Shown: positions 46,813-57,602, counted from the first letter of the stretch. The stretch: DNA of 64,000 nucleotides from Leptolyngbyaceae cyanobacterium clean351 (GCA_027451865.1 DAIDHW010000007.1:18050-82049), one strand, 5' to 3'. The notes: generated by a model not told the origin, from the letters alone. Numbers and translations are program-made.

Positions 46813-49020
46813 TTAAGGTGATCCAGTTGACCGTCGCAACTTCACCTGCCGGGGGTCAATGATCTTTTGACCGTAACCTGGAAAGTGGATCGCTAGGGAG
46901 AGCTTCTCCCCACTCCCCAACACCCGCACCACGCGCCCTGACCCTAGGGCTGGATGTACTAAGCGGTCCCCCGGTTGCCAGGGACACTGGGGCTGGTTGG
47001 TAGCCAGCGCGCTAGGGGCAAGCTCCTGTAAAAACACCGAGGGCACAGCTGGTTCCCGTCTCCCCCACAAGCGGCGCTCACAGGCGTGGGTGATATACAG
47101 GCGCTCCTGGGCCCGGGTGATGCCCACGTAGCACAACCGGCGCTCCTCCTCCAGGGCAGCCGGGTTTTGCAGGGACCGGAAACTGGGGAACAGCCCTTGC
47201 TCAAGCCCCACCAGGAAAACCACCGGAAACTCTAGCCCCTTGGAAGCGTGCAGGGTCATCAGGGTGACCTGGTCGGTTTGGTCACTCATGTGGTCTAGCT
47301 CACTTGCTAGGGAAGCGCTGGCGAGAAAGTCAGCCAAGGAGGCGCCGGGATTAGCCGCCGCGAACTCCAAGGCCGCATTGTACAGCTCCTCTAGGTTGCC
47401 TAGGCGCTCCCGGGCCTCCTCCGTGTCTTGCTGGCGCAGGTGTTGGCAGTACCCCGACTCCTCCATCACCTGCTGGACTAGCTCCGCCACTGGGCAGTTC
47501 TCCACCCGGGCTCGCCAGGAGCACATCAGCTCCATAAACTGCTCAATGCCCTTGGCGGCCCGGATGGCCCCCGCCTTCACCTGGGCTGGGTCCCGGAAAA
47601 CTTCCTCTAGGGATATCCCCGCCTGTAAGGCCAGATTAGTGAGGTTGTCAAGGCTAGCCTTACCGATCCCCCGGGGGGGGACATTGACGATGCGCAGGAG
47701 GCTGAGGCTATCGGCCGGGTTAATCACTACCCGGAGGTAGGCAAGGATATCCTTAACCTCCTTGCGCTCGTAGAACCGCAGCCCCCCCACCATGCGGTAG
47801 GGAACCCCTCCTTGAACTAGGGCGTCCTCAAAGGCTCGCGATTGGGCGTTGGTGCGGTAGAGGACCGCGCAACTATTCCAGGTAAAGTCGCCGCGCCCCA
47901 CGAGGTGTCGCAACTGCTGGAGGACAAATAAAGCCTCCCGGGTCTCGTCATCGGCCCGGTGGAAGGATACCGCTGCTCCCTGGCCCCGGGTGGGCCGCAG
48001 CACCTTGTCGATGCGCTCCTGATTTTTCTTGATCAGGTGGTTAGCTAAATCCAAGATCGTGGCAGTGGAGCGATAGTTCTCCTCAAGCTTAATTAGGGTG
48101 CGGGTATCCTCCTCAGGCAACCCGTCCCCCAACTCTTCCTGGAAGGCAAGGAGGATCCGAAAGTCAGCACCCCGGAAGCTGTAGATTGACTGGTCTGCGT
48201 CCCCGACGGCAAAAATCGAGCGGTTGCCCCAGTCCCGACTAGGCTTGTGGGATTCACCGAGGGTGGCCAGGAGGTACAGGAGGCGGTATTGAATCCGGTT
48301 AGTGTCTTGGTACTCATCCACCAGGATATGGCGGAACCGGTAGTGCCAGTACCCCAGAAGGGATTCATTCTGCTCCAGCAGCAACACCGGCAGCCAGATC
48401 AAGTCGTCAAAGTCTAGGGCGTTATTTAAGCCAAGCTGTTTTTGGTACAGCTCGTACACTTCCGCTAGCACCCGGCCCCGGTAGTCCGGATTAGCAGCAG
48501 CAAAATCCGCCGGGTTCAGGCCTAGGTTCTTGGCGCCGCTGATGGCGTAGCGGACCTGGCGGGGTTCAAAGCGCTTCTCATCTAGGTTTAGTTGTTTAGT
48601 AACGATGTCCTTAACTAGCCCCTGCGCATCTCCCTCATCTAGGATGGAAAAGTCCTTAGTCCACTGGTAGCCCTGGGGATGCTGGTACTTGGTAATGTCA
48701 AACCGCAGTAGACGGGTACACAGGGCGTGGAAGGTGCCGATCCAGAGGTAGCGGCTGCTGATGGGGGGCTGGTCAGAGTGCTGCCCGAGTAATAGATCGA
48801 TCCGCTGGCGCATCTCCTGGGCAGCTTTGTTGGTGAAGGTGACCGCGAGCAGACTTTCCGGATCAACGCGATGGTGCAGCAGCAGGTAGGCAATACGGTA
48901 GGCCAGGGCCCGGGTCTTACCCGAGCCAGCCCCCGCTACCACTAGCAAGGGGCCACAAAAGTGCTGGACGGCTTGGCGCTGGCTGGGATTGAGGGCAGCG
49001 AGAAATTCCACTTCATCCAT
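46813..49020 (-). CDS. pcrA: ATP-dependent DNA helicase PcrA/UvrD
   Basis: AGAGSGKT, VDEYQDTN, VGDADQSIYSFRGA, LEENYRST, TLHASKGLEF, EERRLCYVGITRA. Confidence 0.95.
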   Translation of the reverse strand: MDEVEFLAALNPSQRQAVQHFCGPLLVVAGAGSGKTRALAYRIAYLLLHHRVDPESLLAVTFTNKAAQEMRQRIDLLLGQHSDQPPISSRYLWIGTFHALCTRLLRFDITKYQHPQGYQWTKDFSILDEGDAQGLVKDIVTKQLNLDEKRFEPRQVRYAISGAKNLGLNPADFAAANPDYRGRVLAEVYELYQKQLGLNNALDFDDLIWLPVLLLEQNESLLGYWHYRFRHILVDEYQDTNRIQYRLLYLLATLGESHKPSRDWGNRSIFAVGDADQSIYSFRGADFRILLAFQEELGDGLPEEDTRTLIKLEENYRSTATILDLANHLIKKNQERIDKVLRPTRGQGAAVSFHRADDETREALFVLQQLRHLVGRGDFTWNSCAVLYRTNAQSRAFEDALVQGGVPYRMVGGLRFYERKEVKDILAYLRVVINPADSLSLLRIVNVPPRGIGKASLDNLTNLALQAGISLEEVFRDPAQVKAGAIRAAKGIEQFMELMCSWRARVENCPVAELVQQVMEESGYCQHLRQQDTEEARERLGNLEELYNAALEFAAANPGASLADFLASASLASELDHMSDQTDQVTLMTLHASKGLEFPVVFLVGLEQGLFPSFRSLQNPAALEEERRLCYVGITRAQERLYITHACERRLWGRREPAVPSVFLQELAPSALATNQPQCPWQPGDRLVHPALGSGRVVRVLGSGEKLSLAIHFPGYGQKIIDPRQVKLRRSTGSP

Positions 49021-49696
49021 CGGTGCGGGTAGCTTCCAGGATCCGGGAGAAGTAGAAGCGGGTAGTGGTTAAGTCGGTACGACCAACTGTCCACCCCAAG
49101 CCGGTCAGGATCTGGCGAACTCGGCCCTCGGCGTGTAGGTAGGCGCGGGTAGCTTTACTCGGGCCAGGAAAAAATTCGCCAATCTTTTTCAGAGCGGTAT
49201 AGAAAAGGTTCTTGGGGGCAAAACTCAGGACTAGGCGGTCTGTGGCCAGGGAGCTGAGGTGGGAAATCATCCCCTGAACCTGGGGGTCAGGGTAGTGGAT
49301 CAGCACATCTAGGCAGACCACCGTGTGGTACGTGCCCCCCAGGTGCTCTAGGTCCTGGACCTCTAGACTGAGATTGGGCAGGTCTTGGCCGGCGCGGGCC
49401 TGGGCCTCCTGGATCATCTTGGCGGAGATGTCACTGCCAAATACCCGGGCTCCGGCTTGGGCGAGGGGAATGCTCAGGCTGCCCACCCCGCAGCCAGCGT
49501 CACAGATCGTCAGGTCCTGCAGGGGGCCGTCCGCCTTTAACCAACCTAAGACCGTGTCGACAGTCTGCTGATGACCGTAGCGGATATCTAGCTGGACTTG
49601 GTTAACTTCCCCGTCCCCGTAGATCCGCCGCCAGCGTTCAAAACCGGTGGCGTTAAAGTACTCGCGAACAATGATCTTATCTTCTGTAGAGTTCAT
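49013..49696 (-). CDS. chlM: Mg-protoporphyrin IX methyltransferase
   Basis: YFN.TGFERWRRIYG, DAGCGVGSL, CLDVLIHYP, FPGPSKATRAYLH. Confidence 0.95.
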   Translation of the reverse strand: MNSTEDKIIVREYFNATGFERWRRIYGDGEVNQVQLDIRYGHQQTVDTVLGWLKADGPLQDLTICDAGCGVGSLSIPLAQAGARVFGSDISAKMIQEAQARAGQDLPNLSLEVQDLEHLGGTYHTVVCLDVLIHYPDPQVQGMISHLSSLATDRLVLSFAPKNLFYTALKKIGEFFPGPSKATRAYLHAEGRVRQILTGLGWTVGRTDLTTTRFYFSRILEATRTDG

Positions 49697-50896
49697 TTAG
49701 GCTGGGGGTAGTTGATACTGAGAGACAATTTGCCGAGCGTACTCCGGTACGTGGTCAGGGACCTTGTCGGGATAGTGGCGCAGGAGGTACAGGTAATTAC
49801 GGGTGAAATGGGAGTCAATGGAGAACCGAGCATACTCTAAACCCTTAGGGCCGACCTTCTCAATCACCAAGCCCATCAATCGCGCTGCCCACAGGGGAAT
49901 AGTCACCCCTTGGTCGTAGGCAGGAATGCTTTGCTGGACCGCTGGCTGGCGGTGTCCCTGGGAGGTGACCGGCTGGGTGCGCAGCAGTGGCATCACCAGG
50001 TCGAGCATCTCCTGACCCCGGGGGTTGCGCACCACGATCCACTGCCAGCCGAAGGGGGCACCCATGTAGCCCACCACCAGATCCGCCAGGGAGTTGACGT
50101 AATCAAAGCAGGTTAGACAGGAAGGGGCAAAGATGTCCTTGAGCTTTTTGGTATTGAGGCCAAAAAAGGGCACGGTTTCCGTCGAACCATCTTCATGACG
50201 AAAGTGGACCCGGAAGTCTTGCATGAATTCGTAGTGGACGACGGTGTCGGGGGAGCGGCTGGTGGTCTGCAAGAACTTCTCTAGGCCGGCTCGAGTGACG
50301 TTATCTACACAAGGAGTACCGAGAACGTAGAGTTTCTCTAGGCCTAGCTGTTGCTCAACACTGCGCAGGGCCTGCACCTGGCAGCCTACTCCAATTACGA
50401 GTAACCTTCTGAGCCCGGAGCGCTCCACCTCCTCAAGCACCGACAGGTTAGGGGAGAGGGTGGGTTTATTGACCCGCGCCGCTAGGACCTCAGCGGGGGT
50501 CCGGGCTAGGACAGGCCGGGGTCCGAAGCGGTCTGTATCACTGTTCTGAACGCACACCACCCCTTCTACCTGACCCTGGGTAAGCATTTGGGTAGCAATG
50601 GTAGTCACGATTCCGGTCCACTGGGCCCCGGGGATGGGGGTAATCTTCTGGGCAGCCACCATCTGCTGGTGCACTCCGAAGTACACGTCATCCTCCCGGG
50701 CTAGGTCTCGGCTCCGACCGTGGGTCTGGACCTCCAAGGGGGCAATCTGCTGATTGAGGAAGGGACAAGCCTCCCGGACGTAGTGGACGTAGTAGGTGTC
50801 ACACAGTCCACACTCACTGCACAGGTCCTTGGCGGGACGGCGACTGGAGGACTTGAGGGCTTTAGCTTTGTGGTGAGGCAGCACAGGAGGGGGCAA
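49697..50896 (-). CDS. bciB: Ferredoxin-dependent 8-vinyl reductase (BciB/CvrA; F420 hydrogenase beta-like)
   Basis: RPAKDLCSECGLCDT, GAQWTGIVT, GVGCQVQALR, PCVDN, PKGLEYARFSIDSH. Confidence 0.85.
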   Translation of the reverse strand: MPPPVLPHHKAKALKSSSRRPAKDLCSECGLCDTYYVHYVREACPFLNQQIAPLEVQTHGRSRDLAREDDVYFGVHQQMVAAQKITPIPGAQWTGIVTTIATQMLTQGQVEGVVCVQNSDTDRFGPRPVLARTPAEVLAARVNKPTLSPNLSVLEEVERSGLRRLLVIGVGCQVQALRSVEQQLGLEKLYVLGTPCVDNVTRAGLEKFLQTTSRSPDTVVHYEFMQDFRVHFRHEDGSTETVPFFGLNTKKLKDIFAPSCLTCFDYVNSLADLVVGYMGAPFGWQWIVVRNPRGQEMLDLVMPLLRTQPVTSQGHRQPAVQQSIPAYDQGVTIPLWAARLMGLVIEKVGPKGLEYARFSIDSHFTRNYLYLLRHYPDKVPDHVPEYARQIVSQYQLPPA

Positions 50897-50965
50897 TTCT
50901 AGCTACCCCCTAGAATATACCTTTTCGGTCAAGACCGACCGGTCCAACCCCTGGGCTGTCCCCCG

Positions 50966-51997
50966 TTAATTTTCGCCGCTGCCTTGGCCAACCTCAGACT
51001 GAATGCAGCGATTGCGTCCGCCAATCCGGGCTCGATAGAGGGCAATGCTGGCCTCCCGTAACATATCAGCAGCCAACAGCTTGGGCTGGTTACTGGCACT
51101 AGCGGTAATTCCCCCGAGGCTGACAGTGACCTGGATCTGATCCCCCTGGGGCAGACGGACCGGATGGCTAGCCACCGCCAGGCGCAGGTTTTCCCCTAAC
51201 TCGCGCACCCGGCCCGGGTCAATACCTGGGGTAACGGCGGCAAATTGGTAGTCGCTACTGCGGTACAGGAGGGTACCGGGTAGAGCATTGCCTTGGAGGC
51301 GACGGCTGACGATCTGCAGGATCTGGTTGAAGACCACTGCCCCTTCCTGGTCAAGCAATTTTTGGGCCTGGTCAATTTCAACCAACCATAAACTCAGGTA
51401 GCGATAGTAAAGGACGTACTCACCGTTGTCCACAAATTCCGCTGAGCGGTCCTCCACTTGACGCAGCAGGCCGGACAGAGAGGGATTGAGGGCACCTTCA
51501 CGCAGCAGACCGGTCAGGGGGTCAGTGAAGGATAGGGAGGACAAAAGATCGTGGCGGGAGCGCAACTGCTCATTGAGACGGACTAGGTTTTCTGTCAACT
51601 GCCGCAGCCGCAGACCCGCCCGGACCCGCGCCCGCAACTCCTCGGGATGGATGGGCTTGGTTAGCACCTCGTCCGCGCCGTTATCGAGTCCCAGGATCCG
51701 GTCTGATAATTCTTCCCGGGCTGTGAGCATGAGGAAGTAGACGTGCTGCAACCCTGGATCCTGACGCACCCGTCGACACAACTCAATCCCCGACAAGTCT
51801 GGCATGGACCAATCACTAATAACTAGGTCAGGGGGATACTGCTGAATGATCTGCCAGCCCTCTAGGCCGTTGACGGCCGTGTCCACTTGGTAGCCCTCAC
51901 TTTGCAAATAAGAGGCCACCAGCTCCCGGACAGCGTGACTATCGTCAATAACCAGGATGCGCACGGGCGAGTTGTGGGAGACAGGGGGGGTGGTCAT
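50966..51997 (-). CDS. Response regulator (REC) fused to a degenerate GGDEF domain
   Basis: ILVIDD, DWSMP, KP in REC; TDPLTGL, but the active site reads YRSSDYQF; start chosen at MTTPP. Confidence 0.8.
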   Translation of the reverse strand: MTTPPVSHNSPVRILVIDDSHAVRELVASYLQSEGYQVDTAVNGLEGWQIIQQYPPDLVISDWSMPDLSGIELCRRVRQDPGLQHVYFLMLTAREELSDRILGLDNGADEVLTKPIHPEELRARVRAGLRLRQLTENLVRLNEQLRSRHDLLSSLSFTDPLTGLLREGALNPSLSGLLRQVEDRSAEFVDNGEYVLYYRYLSLWLVEIDQAQKLLDQEGAVVFNQILQIVSRRLQGNALPGTLLYRSSDYQFAAVTPGIDPGRVRELGENLRLAVASHPVRLPQGDQIQVTVSLGGITASASNQPKLLAADMLREASIALYRARIGGRNRCIQSEVGQGSGEN

Positions 51998-52104
51998 GGA
52001 GGGGACCTGGGACGGAGGGGGGATATTGCCTGGATCTATGTCTTTGATGCTACCATCAGTGTTACTGTCTGGGGTAGACGATGCCCAGTAGTACAAATAA
52101 ATTT

Positions 52105-52192
52105 CCGGGGAGCCTGATTCTTAAGGGGGAACACCGGTGCAAATCCGGGGCTGTGCCGCAACTGTAAGCCTAACCGCAAGCCAGAATGCCCT
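52105..52192 (+). ncRNA. Cobalamin riboswitch
   Basis: AAGGGGGAACACCGGTGCAAATCCGGGGCTGTGCCGCAACTGTAA...AAGCCAGAATGCC B12-box, directly upstream of cbiX; ends approximate. Confidence 0.9.
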
Positions 52193-52240
52193 TTCCCGCG
52201 TCCTCATCATTCCTGCGATGCACAGGAGGAGAAGTGTTGA

Positions 52241-53164
52241 ATGTCTGAGTTTTGCTTTTCTCGGCCCCTCCTACTAGTCGGTCATGGCAGCCGTGACCCC
52301 CAGGGTCAACAGGACTTCCTCAACTTTGCTGCCCACTATCAAGCCCTCGAACCCAGCCGGCCCGTGGCTGCCTGCTTTTTGGAGTTGGCCACCCCCCCCA
52401 TTGGCGAAGCCGTCGAAGCCCTAGTCTATCAGGGGTACCGACAATTGTCGGTGGTGCCCCTGCTGCTGTTTGCCGCTCAACACCACAAGCTAGATATTAC
52501 CCGGGAGTTAGACCGGGCCCGGCAGCGTCATCTGAACCTGCAAATGCACTACGGTCGACCCTTGGGAGTAACACGGGAGATGGTAGACCTATGGCAGCAG
52601 CGTCTGGAGAACCTTAACCAAAGCCCCGATGCTCCCCCCCGGAGAGAAACGGTATTACTATTTGTTGGCCGGGGCTCTAGCGATCCGGACGCCAACGGGG
52701 ACACCGTCAAGCTAGCCCGCCTCCTCTGGGAAGGGAGTGGTTACCAAGGGGTGGAAACTTGTTTTATTGGCATTACTCATCCCCGGCTGGAGGCAGGCCT
52801 AGAGCGCGCGCGCTCCCATCATCCCAAACGGATTATTGTTGTCCCCCATCTGCTCTTTACAGGGCTCCTTGGCCAAAAAATTAAGCAGCTAACAGTCCAA
52901 CATCAGCTCGCCTACCCCCAGATCCAGACCCTCTGTCTACCGGAGATGGGTTTGCACCCTAACCTGTTTGATCTCCTGAGACAAAGAGAGCAGGAAACCT
53001 ATGCCGGTCCGGTGGCTATGAACTGCGACCTGTGTAAGTTCCGACTCCCCGGGAACTTGGCTCACCCCAAACCCCATCATCACCACCATGACCACAGCCA
53101 CGAGGTGGTACAGGATCCCTATCAGGAACCGGCGGTTTACCACGATCTGGTTTGGCAGCCATAG
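52241..53164 (+). CDS. cbiX: Sirohydrochlorin cobaltochelatase CbiX (long form)
   Basis: LLVGHGSRD, CFLEL, VGRGSSDPDANGD, MNCDLCKFR, His-rich tail. Confidence 0.92.
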   Translation: MSEFCFSRPLLLVGHGSRDPQGQQDFLNFAAHYQALEPSRPVAACFLELATPPIGEAVEALVYQGYRQLSVVPLLLFAAQHHKLDITRELDRARQRHLNLQMHYGRPLGVTREMVDLWQQRLENLNQSPDAPPRRETVLLFVGRGSSDPDANGDTVKLARLLWEGSGYQGVETCFIGITHPRLEAGLERARSHHPKRIIVVPHLLFTGLLGQKIKQLTVQHQLAYPQIQTLCLPEMGLHPNLFDLLRQREQETYAGPVAMNCDLCKFRLPGNLAHPKPHHHHHDHSHEVVQDPYQEPAVYHDLVWQP

Positions 53165-53297
53165 CTAAGGCGGTTTGCCAGAGGGTGAAACCCTTGGCTG
53201 ATCTGGGGGGCCTGTGCTACTGTTGTACAGTCGCCAGCTGACCAATTGCCGGAGAGCCCGTCCTCAATATACCTAGCCCCCCAGGAGCTTGAGAATC

Positions 53298-53630
53298 ATG
53301 TTTGAACTGGAAGCATTATTCCTCGGACTCGAACCGCTGACCGCCTTGGCCATTGGAGTTGGAGCCCTTCTCCTGGCTCCCCTGGCCAGCGCAACAGCTT
53401 CCTACGTTTCCCAACACCCCGAAATGACGAGCTCGGTGGGTGAGTCGGTGCGGGGAGCTGCCAAGCAAGGGTTGATTTTCACCTTTGAAGCCGCTGAGAA
53501 GACCCAAGGCTTCTTCGCCGAAGCCAGCGAGTGCCTTCAGGACTTGGTTGCCGAAGCCAAGAGCGACCTAGCTAACCAGAAGGCCCAGGCCGACAGTGAG
53601 CCCCGGGAAGTAACTATCGTCGCCGAGTAG
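53298..53630 (+). CDS. DUF5132-like small protein
   Basis: AIGVGALLLAP...K.G...E......AE..E.L.DLVAEAK pattern. Confidence 0.65.
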   Translation: MFELEALFLGLEPLTALAIGVGALLLAPLASATASYVSQHPEMTSSVGESVRGAAKQGLIFTFEAAEKTQGFFAEASECLQDLVAEAKSDLANQKAQADSEPREVTIVAE

Positions 53631-53637
53631 TTCCTCC

Positions 53638-54219
53638 CTAACTTTGGTCCCGCAGGATAGCCACCAGGTGGCTGAGGGAGACCTCTAGGTCGTCGTTGGT
53701 TATTTGCCGGTCAAATTCCGGGGCAGCGGCTATCTCCTGTACCGCTGCTTGCAGCCGGGCAGCCACGGCGGCGGGACTGTCCTGCCCCCGTCCCTCTAGG
53801 CGCTGGCGCAGCACTTCCAGGGAGGGGGGTAGGATGAAAACACTCAGGGCAACCGGAAAGCAGCGGCGCACCTGACGGGCTCCTTGTAACTCTATTTCCA
53901 GGATCACCGACTGGCCGGAGTGGAGTTGTGCCTCCACAGGAGCCCTAGGGGTGCCGTAGAAGTTTCCGGCAAACTCAGCCCACTCTAGCAGCTGCCCCTG
54001 CTCAATCAGAGCTTCAAACCGCGGCCGGTCCATAAAAAAGTAGTCTGTTCCCTCCACTTCACCGGGGCGGGCGGCCCGAGTGGTGGCAGAAACTGACAGG
54101 CGAAATTCCGGGCAGGTTTTGAGCAGGCGGCGAATCAGGGTCCCTTTACCAACTCCACTCGGCCCGGTGATCACCACCAGTCGCCCGGGCGAGGGAGGGG
54201 CCGCAGGCAGATTTGGCAA
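53638..54219 (-). CDS. gmk: Guanylate kinase
   Basis: TGPSGVGKGT, SVSATTR..RPGE..G.DYFF, NFYGTP, LEIELQGA. Confidence 0.95.
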   Translation of the reverse strand: MPNLPAAPPSPGRLVVITGPSGVGKGTLIRRLLKTCPEFRLSVSATTRAARPGEVEGTDYFFMDRPRFEALIEQGQLLEWAEFAGNFYGTPRAPVEAQLHSGQSVILEIELQGARQVRRCFPVALSVFILPPSLEVLRQRLEGRGQDSPAAVAARLQAAVQEIAAAPEFDRQITNDDLEVSLSHLVAILRDQS

Positions 54220-54277
54220 GCGTAATTCCTCCGTGGGGGTTCCTATCTATCCTAGGAGTTTTCGGGACTGCCCACCC

Positions 54278-54652
54278 TCAGTTGTACATGGCCAGACCCG
54301 AGCTCCCCTCGTTATTCCCCCAATTCTCCCGCTCCCGGATCCATTTGACTAGTTGCTCCTCCGGGGCATTTACCTGGTGATCGAACAGCACTGCCCGGTA
54401 ACTTGAGCGGCATCGCACCACCACCGTAGTACCTAGATTGCTTTTGATAACTACAGTTTGAAATCCCCCGAGCTGGAAAGAAGTGCTGATTAGCAGGCGC
54501 AGCCCCAAACTTTGGAAGATCCCCTGGATCCAGGCATTTATTTCCTGGGGGGGCAAGGACTGAGAGCTTTCCTGGCGCTGAAAGAGGCCGTCGCCGTCAA
54601 AGGTGGCTAAGGCTTTGACTGAATAGCTGGGGTTGTCCACTGTTGTCAGCAT
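54278..54652 (-). CDS. Hypothetical protein (124 aa)
   Basis: ATG with a GAGG/AAGGGG RBS upstream; fills the gap before gmk. Confidence 0.5.
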   Translation of the reverse strand: MLTTVDNPSYSVKALATFDGDGLFQRQESSQSLPPQEINAWIQGIFQSLGLRLLISTSFQLGGFQTVVIKSNLGTTVVVRCRSSYRAVLFDHQVNAPEEQLVKWIRERENWGNNEGSSGLAMYN

Positions 54653-54774
54653 CCCCTTATCCTCAAGAATATTGCCTTGCCTTCTATTGAACTAGAGTCT
54701 CCCCTCCTCACCCCACCGTGAGACTACGTAACCTCCGGTACGGTAGCATAGGGGTTTGTACAGACGGTTAGCCC

Positions 54775-55647
54775 ATGGAGATTCGGCCTCGCAAACGGTT
54801 TGCTCAATACTGGCTGCGCAGTCCCCAGGTGCTTGAGCGAATTGTTGCTTGCGCCCAGTTAGTACCCACGGACCGAGTCCTAGAGATCGGACCGGGCATG
54901 GGGGCCCTCACCCGCCCGCTCCTAGACCAGGGTTGTCCGGTGGTGGCAGTAGAAATCGACTCGGAACTTTGTCGGCACCTGGTCCAACGTCTAGGGGAAC
55001 GGGAAAACTTTCTTTTGCTCCAGGGAGATTTCCTCAAACTAGACTTGGCCAGTCTTCTAGTCCCCTTTCCGCGCTGGCAGCAGCCTAACAAGGTAGTTGC
55101 CAATATCCCGTACCACATCACCGCTCCCATCCTTGAAGTCCTCCTGGGTCGAGTTTCTCGTCCCCGGCCGGACCCCTTCGAATCGGTCACCCTCCTGGTG
55201 CAGCAGGAGGTGGCTGAGCGCCTCCGGGCCTGCCCGGGTTCCAAGGCCTACGGCGCCCTCTCGGTCAAGATCCAATACCTAGCCACCGTCGAGGTGGTCC
55301 TGAAGGTCCCGGCCGCCGCCTTTCACCCCGTGCCCCAGGTGGATTCAGCGGTGATCACCCTCCATCCCCGCCCCCTCACCCCCCCGGCTCAGGACTGCCG
55401 CTGGCTCGAGCAATTAATCCAAACTGGGTTTGCCCGCCGACGCAAGATGCTGCGCAACAATCTGAAGGGCTTGGTTGATCCCGCAGAACTTGAGGCGTAT
55501 TTCCACAGCTGCAGGATCAATAGCCAGTGCCGAGCTGAGGAGTTAAGCCTTAGGGAGTGGGTGGATTTGAGTAATGCCCTAACCCCTAGGGGGGAAATAG
55601 GGGCTCCCCTTGACGGCTGTAGACTAGGCTCTCCCACTGACCATTAA
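54775..55647 (+). CDS. rsmA: 16S rRNA m6,2A dimethyltransferase
   Basis: RKRFAQYWL, LEIGPG.G.LT, VANIPYHIT, QEVAERL, F..RRKMLRN. Confidence 0.93.
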   Translation: MEIRPRKRFAQYWLRSPQVLERIVACAQLVPTDRVLEIGPGMGALTRPLLDQGCPVVAVEIDSELCRHLVQRLGERENFLLLQGDFLKLDLASLLVPFPRWQQPNKVVANIPYHITAPILEVLLGRVSRPRPDPFESVTLLVQQEVAERLRACPGSKAYGALSVKIQYLATVEVVLKVPAAAFHPVPQVDSAVITLHPRPLTPPAQDCRWLEQLIQTGFARRRKMLRNNLKGLVDPAELEAYFHSCRINSQCRAEELSLREWVDLSNALTPRGEIGAPLDGCRLGSPTDH

Positions 55648-56104
55648 TGCTGGCGGCAAAGGCTATCCGTTGACCATCGGCGCTAATGGTGGGACTGCGC
55701 ACATCCGCCTTTAGTCCGGCAGTCAGGTTACGTAGTTGCCGCGTGGGCCGGTCGTATAGATAAATTCCCTGCTCGCCCTGCCGCCGACCACTAAAAACGA
55801 TGGTTTGACCGTCGAGGGAGACGGCCGGGCTCGTAGCGCTCAGGTCCAGGGCGTTTAACCCCGGCAAGTCCTCTAGCCTTTGGCGGACCGCATCGTAGAG
55901 AAAGATTCTCTCGGTTCCCAGGCGGTCGGAAGCAAACACAATGTATCGACCGGCGATCCGCGGCCGACTCTCGCGGTAGGGGCTGTTGAGGGTGCGGCCG
56001 CCGGGGTCAAAGGGGAGGTTCAGGAGCCGGGCCGGTAGAGCACAGCCCCCCAGTGCCAGTCCGCCGACCAGGACCAGGAGTAGTAGAGCTAGCCTGAGGA
56101 CCGG
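55586..56104 (-). CDS. TolB-like (PD40 repeat) lipoprotein
   Basis: Lipobox LGGC; IVFASDR, P.VS.DG..IVF, PTISADG..IAF; start approximate (about 56107). Confidence 0.7.
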   Translation of the reverse strand, partial: PVLRLALLLLVLVGGLALGGCALPARLLNLPFDPGGRTLNSPYRESRPRIAGRYIVFASDRLGTERIFLYDAVRQRLEDLPGLNALDLSATSPAVSLDGQTIVFSGRRQGEQGIYLYDRPTRQLRNLTAGLKADVRSPTISADGQRIAFAASINGQWESLVYSRQGEPLFPP

Positions 56105-56220
56105 CATCAACCCCCTCCCGATCACCAGAGGTCCGGGGCAGGCATAGGGGCTAGGGGCGCCGGTTTTGGGGGCAGAATCATTACGGGCTATAGTGAATCA
56201 GGGAGTTATGTTGCCCATCC

Positions 56221-56610
56221 ATGTTACATCTTGCCCAAGTCCAAGGCCAAACCGATGGGGAGGCTCGGAGCCTACGCCTCCTGGCTAAGCAGACTCCCGA
56301 TGCCCTTTGGTCCTTGGTTACAGAGGCCCCCCCCGTTCCCTTACCACCCGAGCCCCCCCTTAACCCTGGGATGCTGGTGTTAGTCCAGGTGAGCGAGGCG
56401 GGAGAGGTGCAGCAGGTGCAGGATGCCTGTAGTTGGGTCCTAGGACTGCTGCAAACCCACCTGAGTCGCCCGGAGGCCCAACTAGTAGAGCAATGGCGGC
56501 GGGAGTTAACACTCCAGAGCCAAGAGTTAGCCCTGCAGCGCCTCGAGGTTGAGGCCCGGCGCGAGCAGATCCAGGCCCTCGAGGAGAGCCTGCGCCAGAC
56601 CGGGGGCTAG
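56221..56610 (+). CDS. Hypothetical protein of a type seen in cyanobacteria
   Basis: MLHLAQV...[19 protein letters not shown]...[13 protein letters not shown] coiled coil. Confidence 0.7.
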   Translation: MLHLAQVQGQTDGEARSLRLLAKQTPDALWSLVTEAPPVPLPPEPPLNPGMLVLVQVSEAGEVQQVQDACSWVLGLLQTHLSRPEAQLVEQWRRELTLQSQELALQRLEVEARREQIQALEESLRQTGG

Positions 56611-57509
56611 GTGATAAACTCAGAGGCGATCAGCATTGTCCCAATCCCAGCATCCGTAAAGATCTCCAACAATAGGGCGTGGGGAATTCGTCCGTCGATA
56701 ATATGGGCTGCCCGCACCCCTTGGGCTAGGGAGCGCACACAACAGTTGACCTTGGGAATCATACCCCCCGAGACTACCCCCGTCTCGATCAACTGGCGAG
56801 CCCGCTGGATGTCTAGTTGGGCAATTAGAGAACTAGGGTTGTGGAAGTCCTGCAAAATACCCGGGGTGTCCGTCAATAGGATCAGCTTCTCGGCTCCCAG
56901 GGCGGCCGCTAATTCCCCGGCTACGGTGTCGGCGTTGATATTGTAGACTTGGCCCTGCTCGTCGGCCGCCACACTGGAAACTACCGGGATGTAGCCCCCC
57001 TGGACTAGGGCCTCAAGGAGCTTGATGTCGACGCTGGTCACCTCCCCCACAAAGCCAATACCGCTTCTCCCCTCGGGCCGCGCCTTGAACAGCCTCCCAT
57101 CTTTACCACACAATCCCACCCCGGCTCCCCCCGCTTGGTTGATGAGGGAGACGATTTCCTTATTCACCCGGCCCACCAGAACCATTTCTACCACCTCCAT
57201 AGTGGCGCTGTCGGTGACCCGCAGACCATCTTTGAATTGGGGTTCGATCCCCAACTTATCCAGCCAGGTGTTAATCTCCGGACCTCCCCCATGGACGACC
57301 ACCGGTCGCAGGCCGACGCAGGATAAAAATACTATATCCCGGATCACCTTCTCCTTAAGGTGATTGTCCTTCATCGCCGAGCCCCCGTACTTTACCACCA
57401 CGGTCCGGCCGGTGAACTGCTGAATGTAGGGCAGGGCTTCACTGAGCACGCGGACCCGGGTGGCCTCGGCCTTGAGAATGTATTCCCGGTCATTGGATGC
57501 TTCGAGCAT
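56607..57509 (-). CDS. argB: Acetylglutamate kinase
   Basis: [48 protein letters not shown]. Confidence 0.96.
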   Translation of the reverse strand: MLEASNDREYILKAEATRVRVLSEALPYIQQFTGRTVVVKYGGSAMKDNHLKEKVIRDIVFLSCVGLRPVVVHGGGPEINTWLDKLGIEPQFKDGLRVTDSATMEVVEMVLVGRVNKEIVSLINQAGGAGVGLCGKDGRLFKARPEGRSGIGFVGEVTSVDIKLLEALVQGGYIPVVSSVAADEQGQVYNINADTVAGELAAALGAEKLILLTDTPGILQDFHNPSSLIAQLDIQRARQLIETGVVSGGMIPKVNCCVRSLAQGVRAAHIIDGRIPHALLLEIFTDAGIGTMLIASEFIT

Positions 57510-57571
57510 TTAATCGCGAGGTTTTAAGGAGTTAAAAGCAGTGTAGAAGAGGCTTGGGCCAGAAAACAACC

Positions 57572-57602
57572 AAAAAAAAGCCAGGGTAGTGAAACCCTGA
57601 CT
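57572..57602 (-). terminator. Rho-independent terminator after psaD
   Basis: Minus strand AGTCAGGGT-ttcact-ACCCTGGCT followed by a T-tract. Confidence 0.75.
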
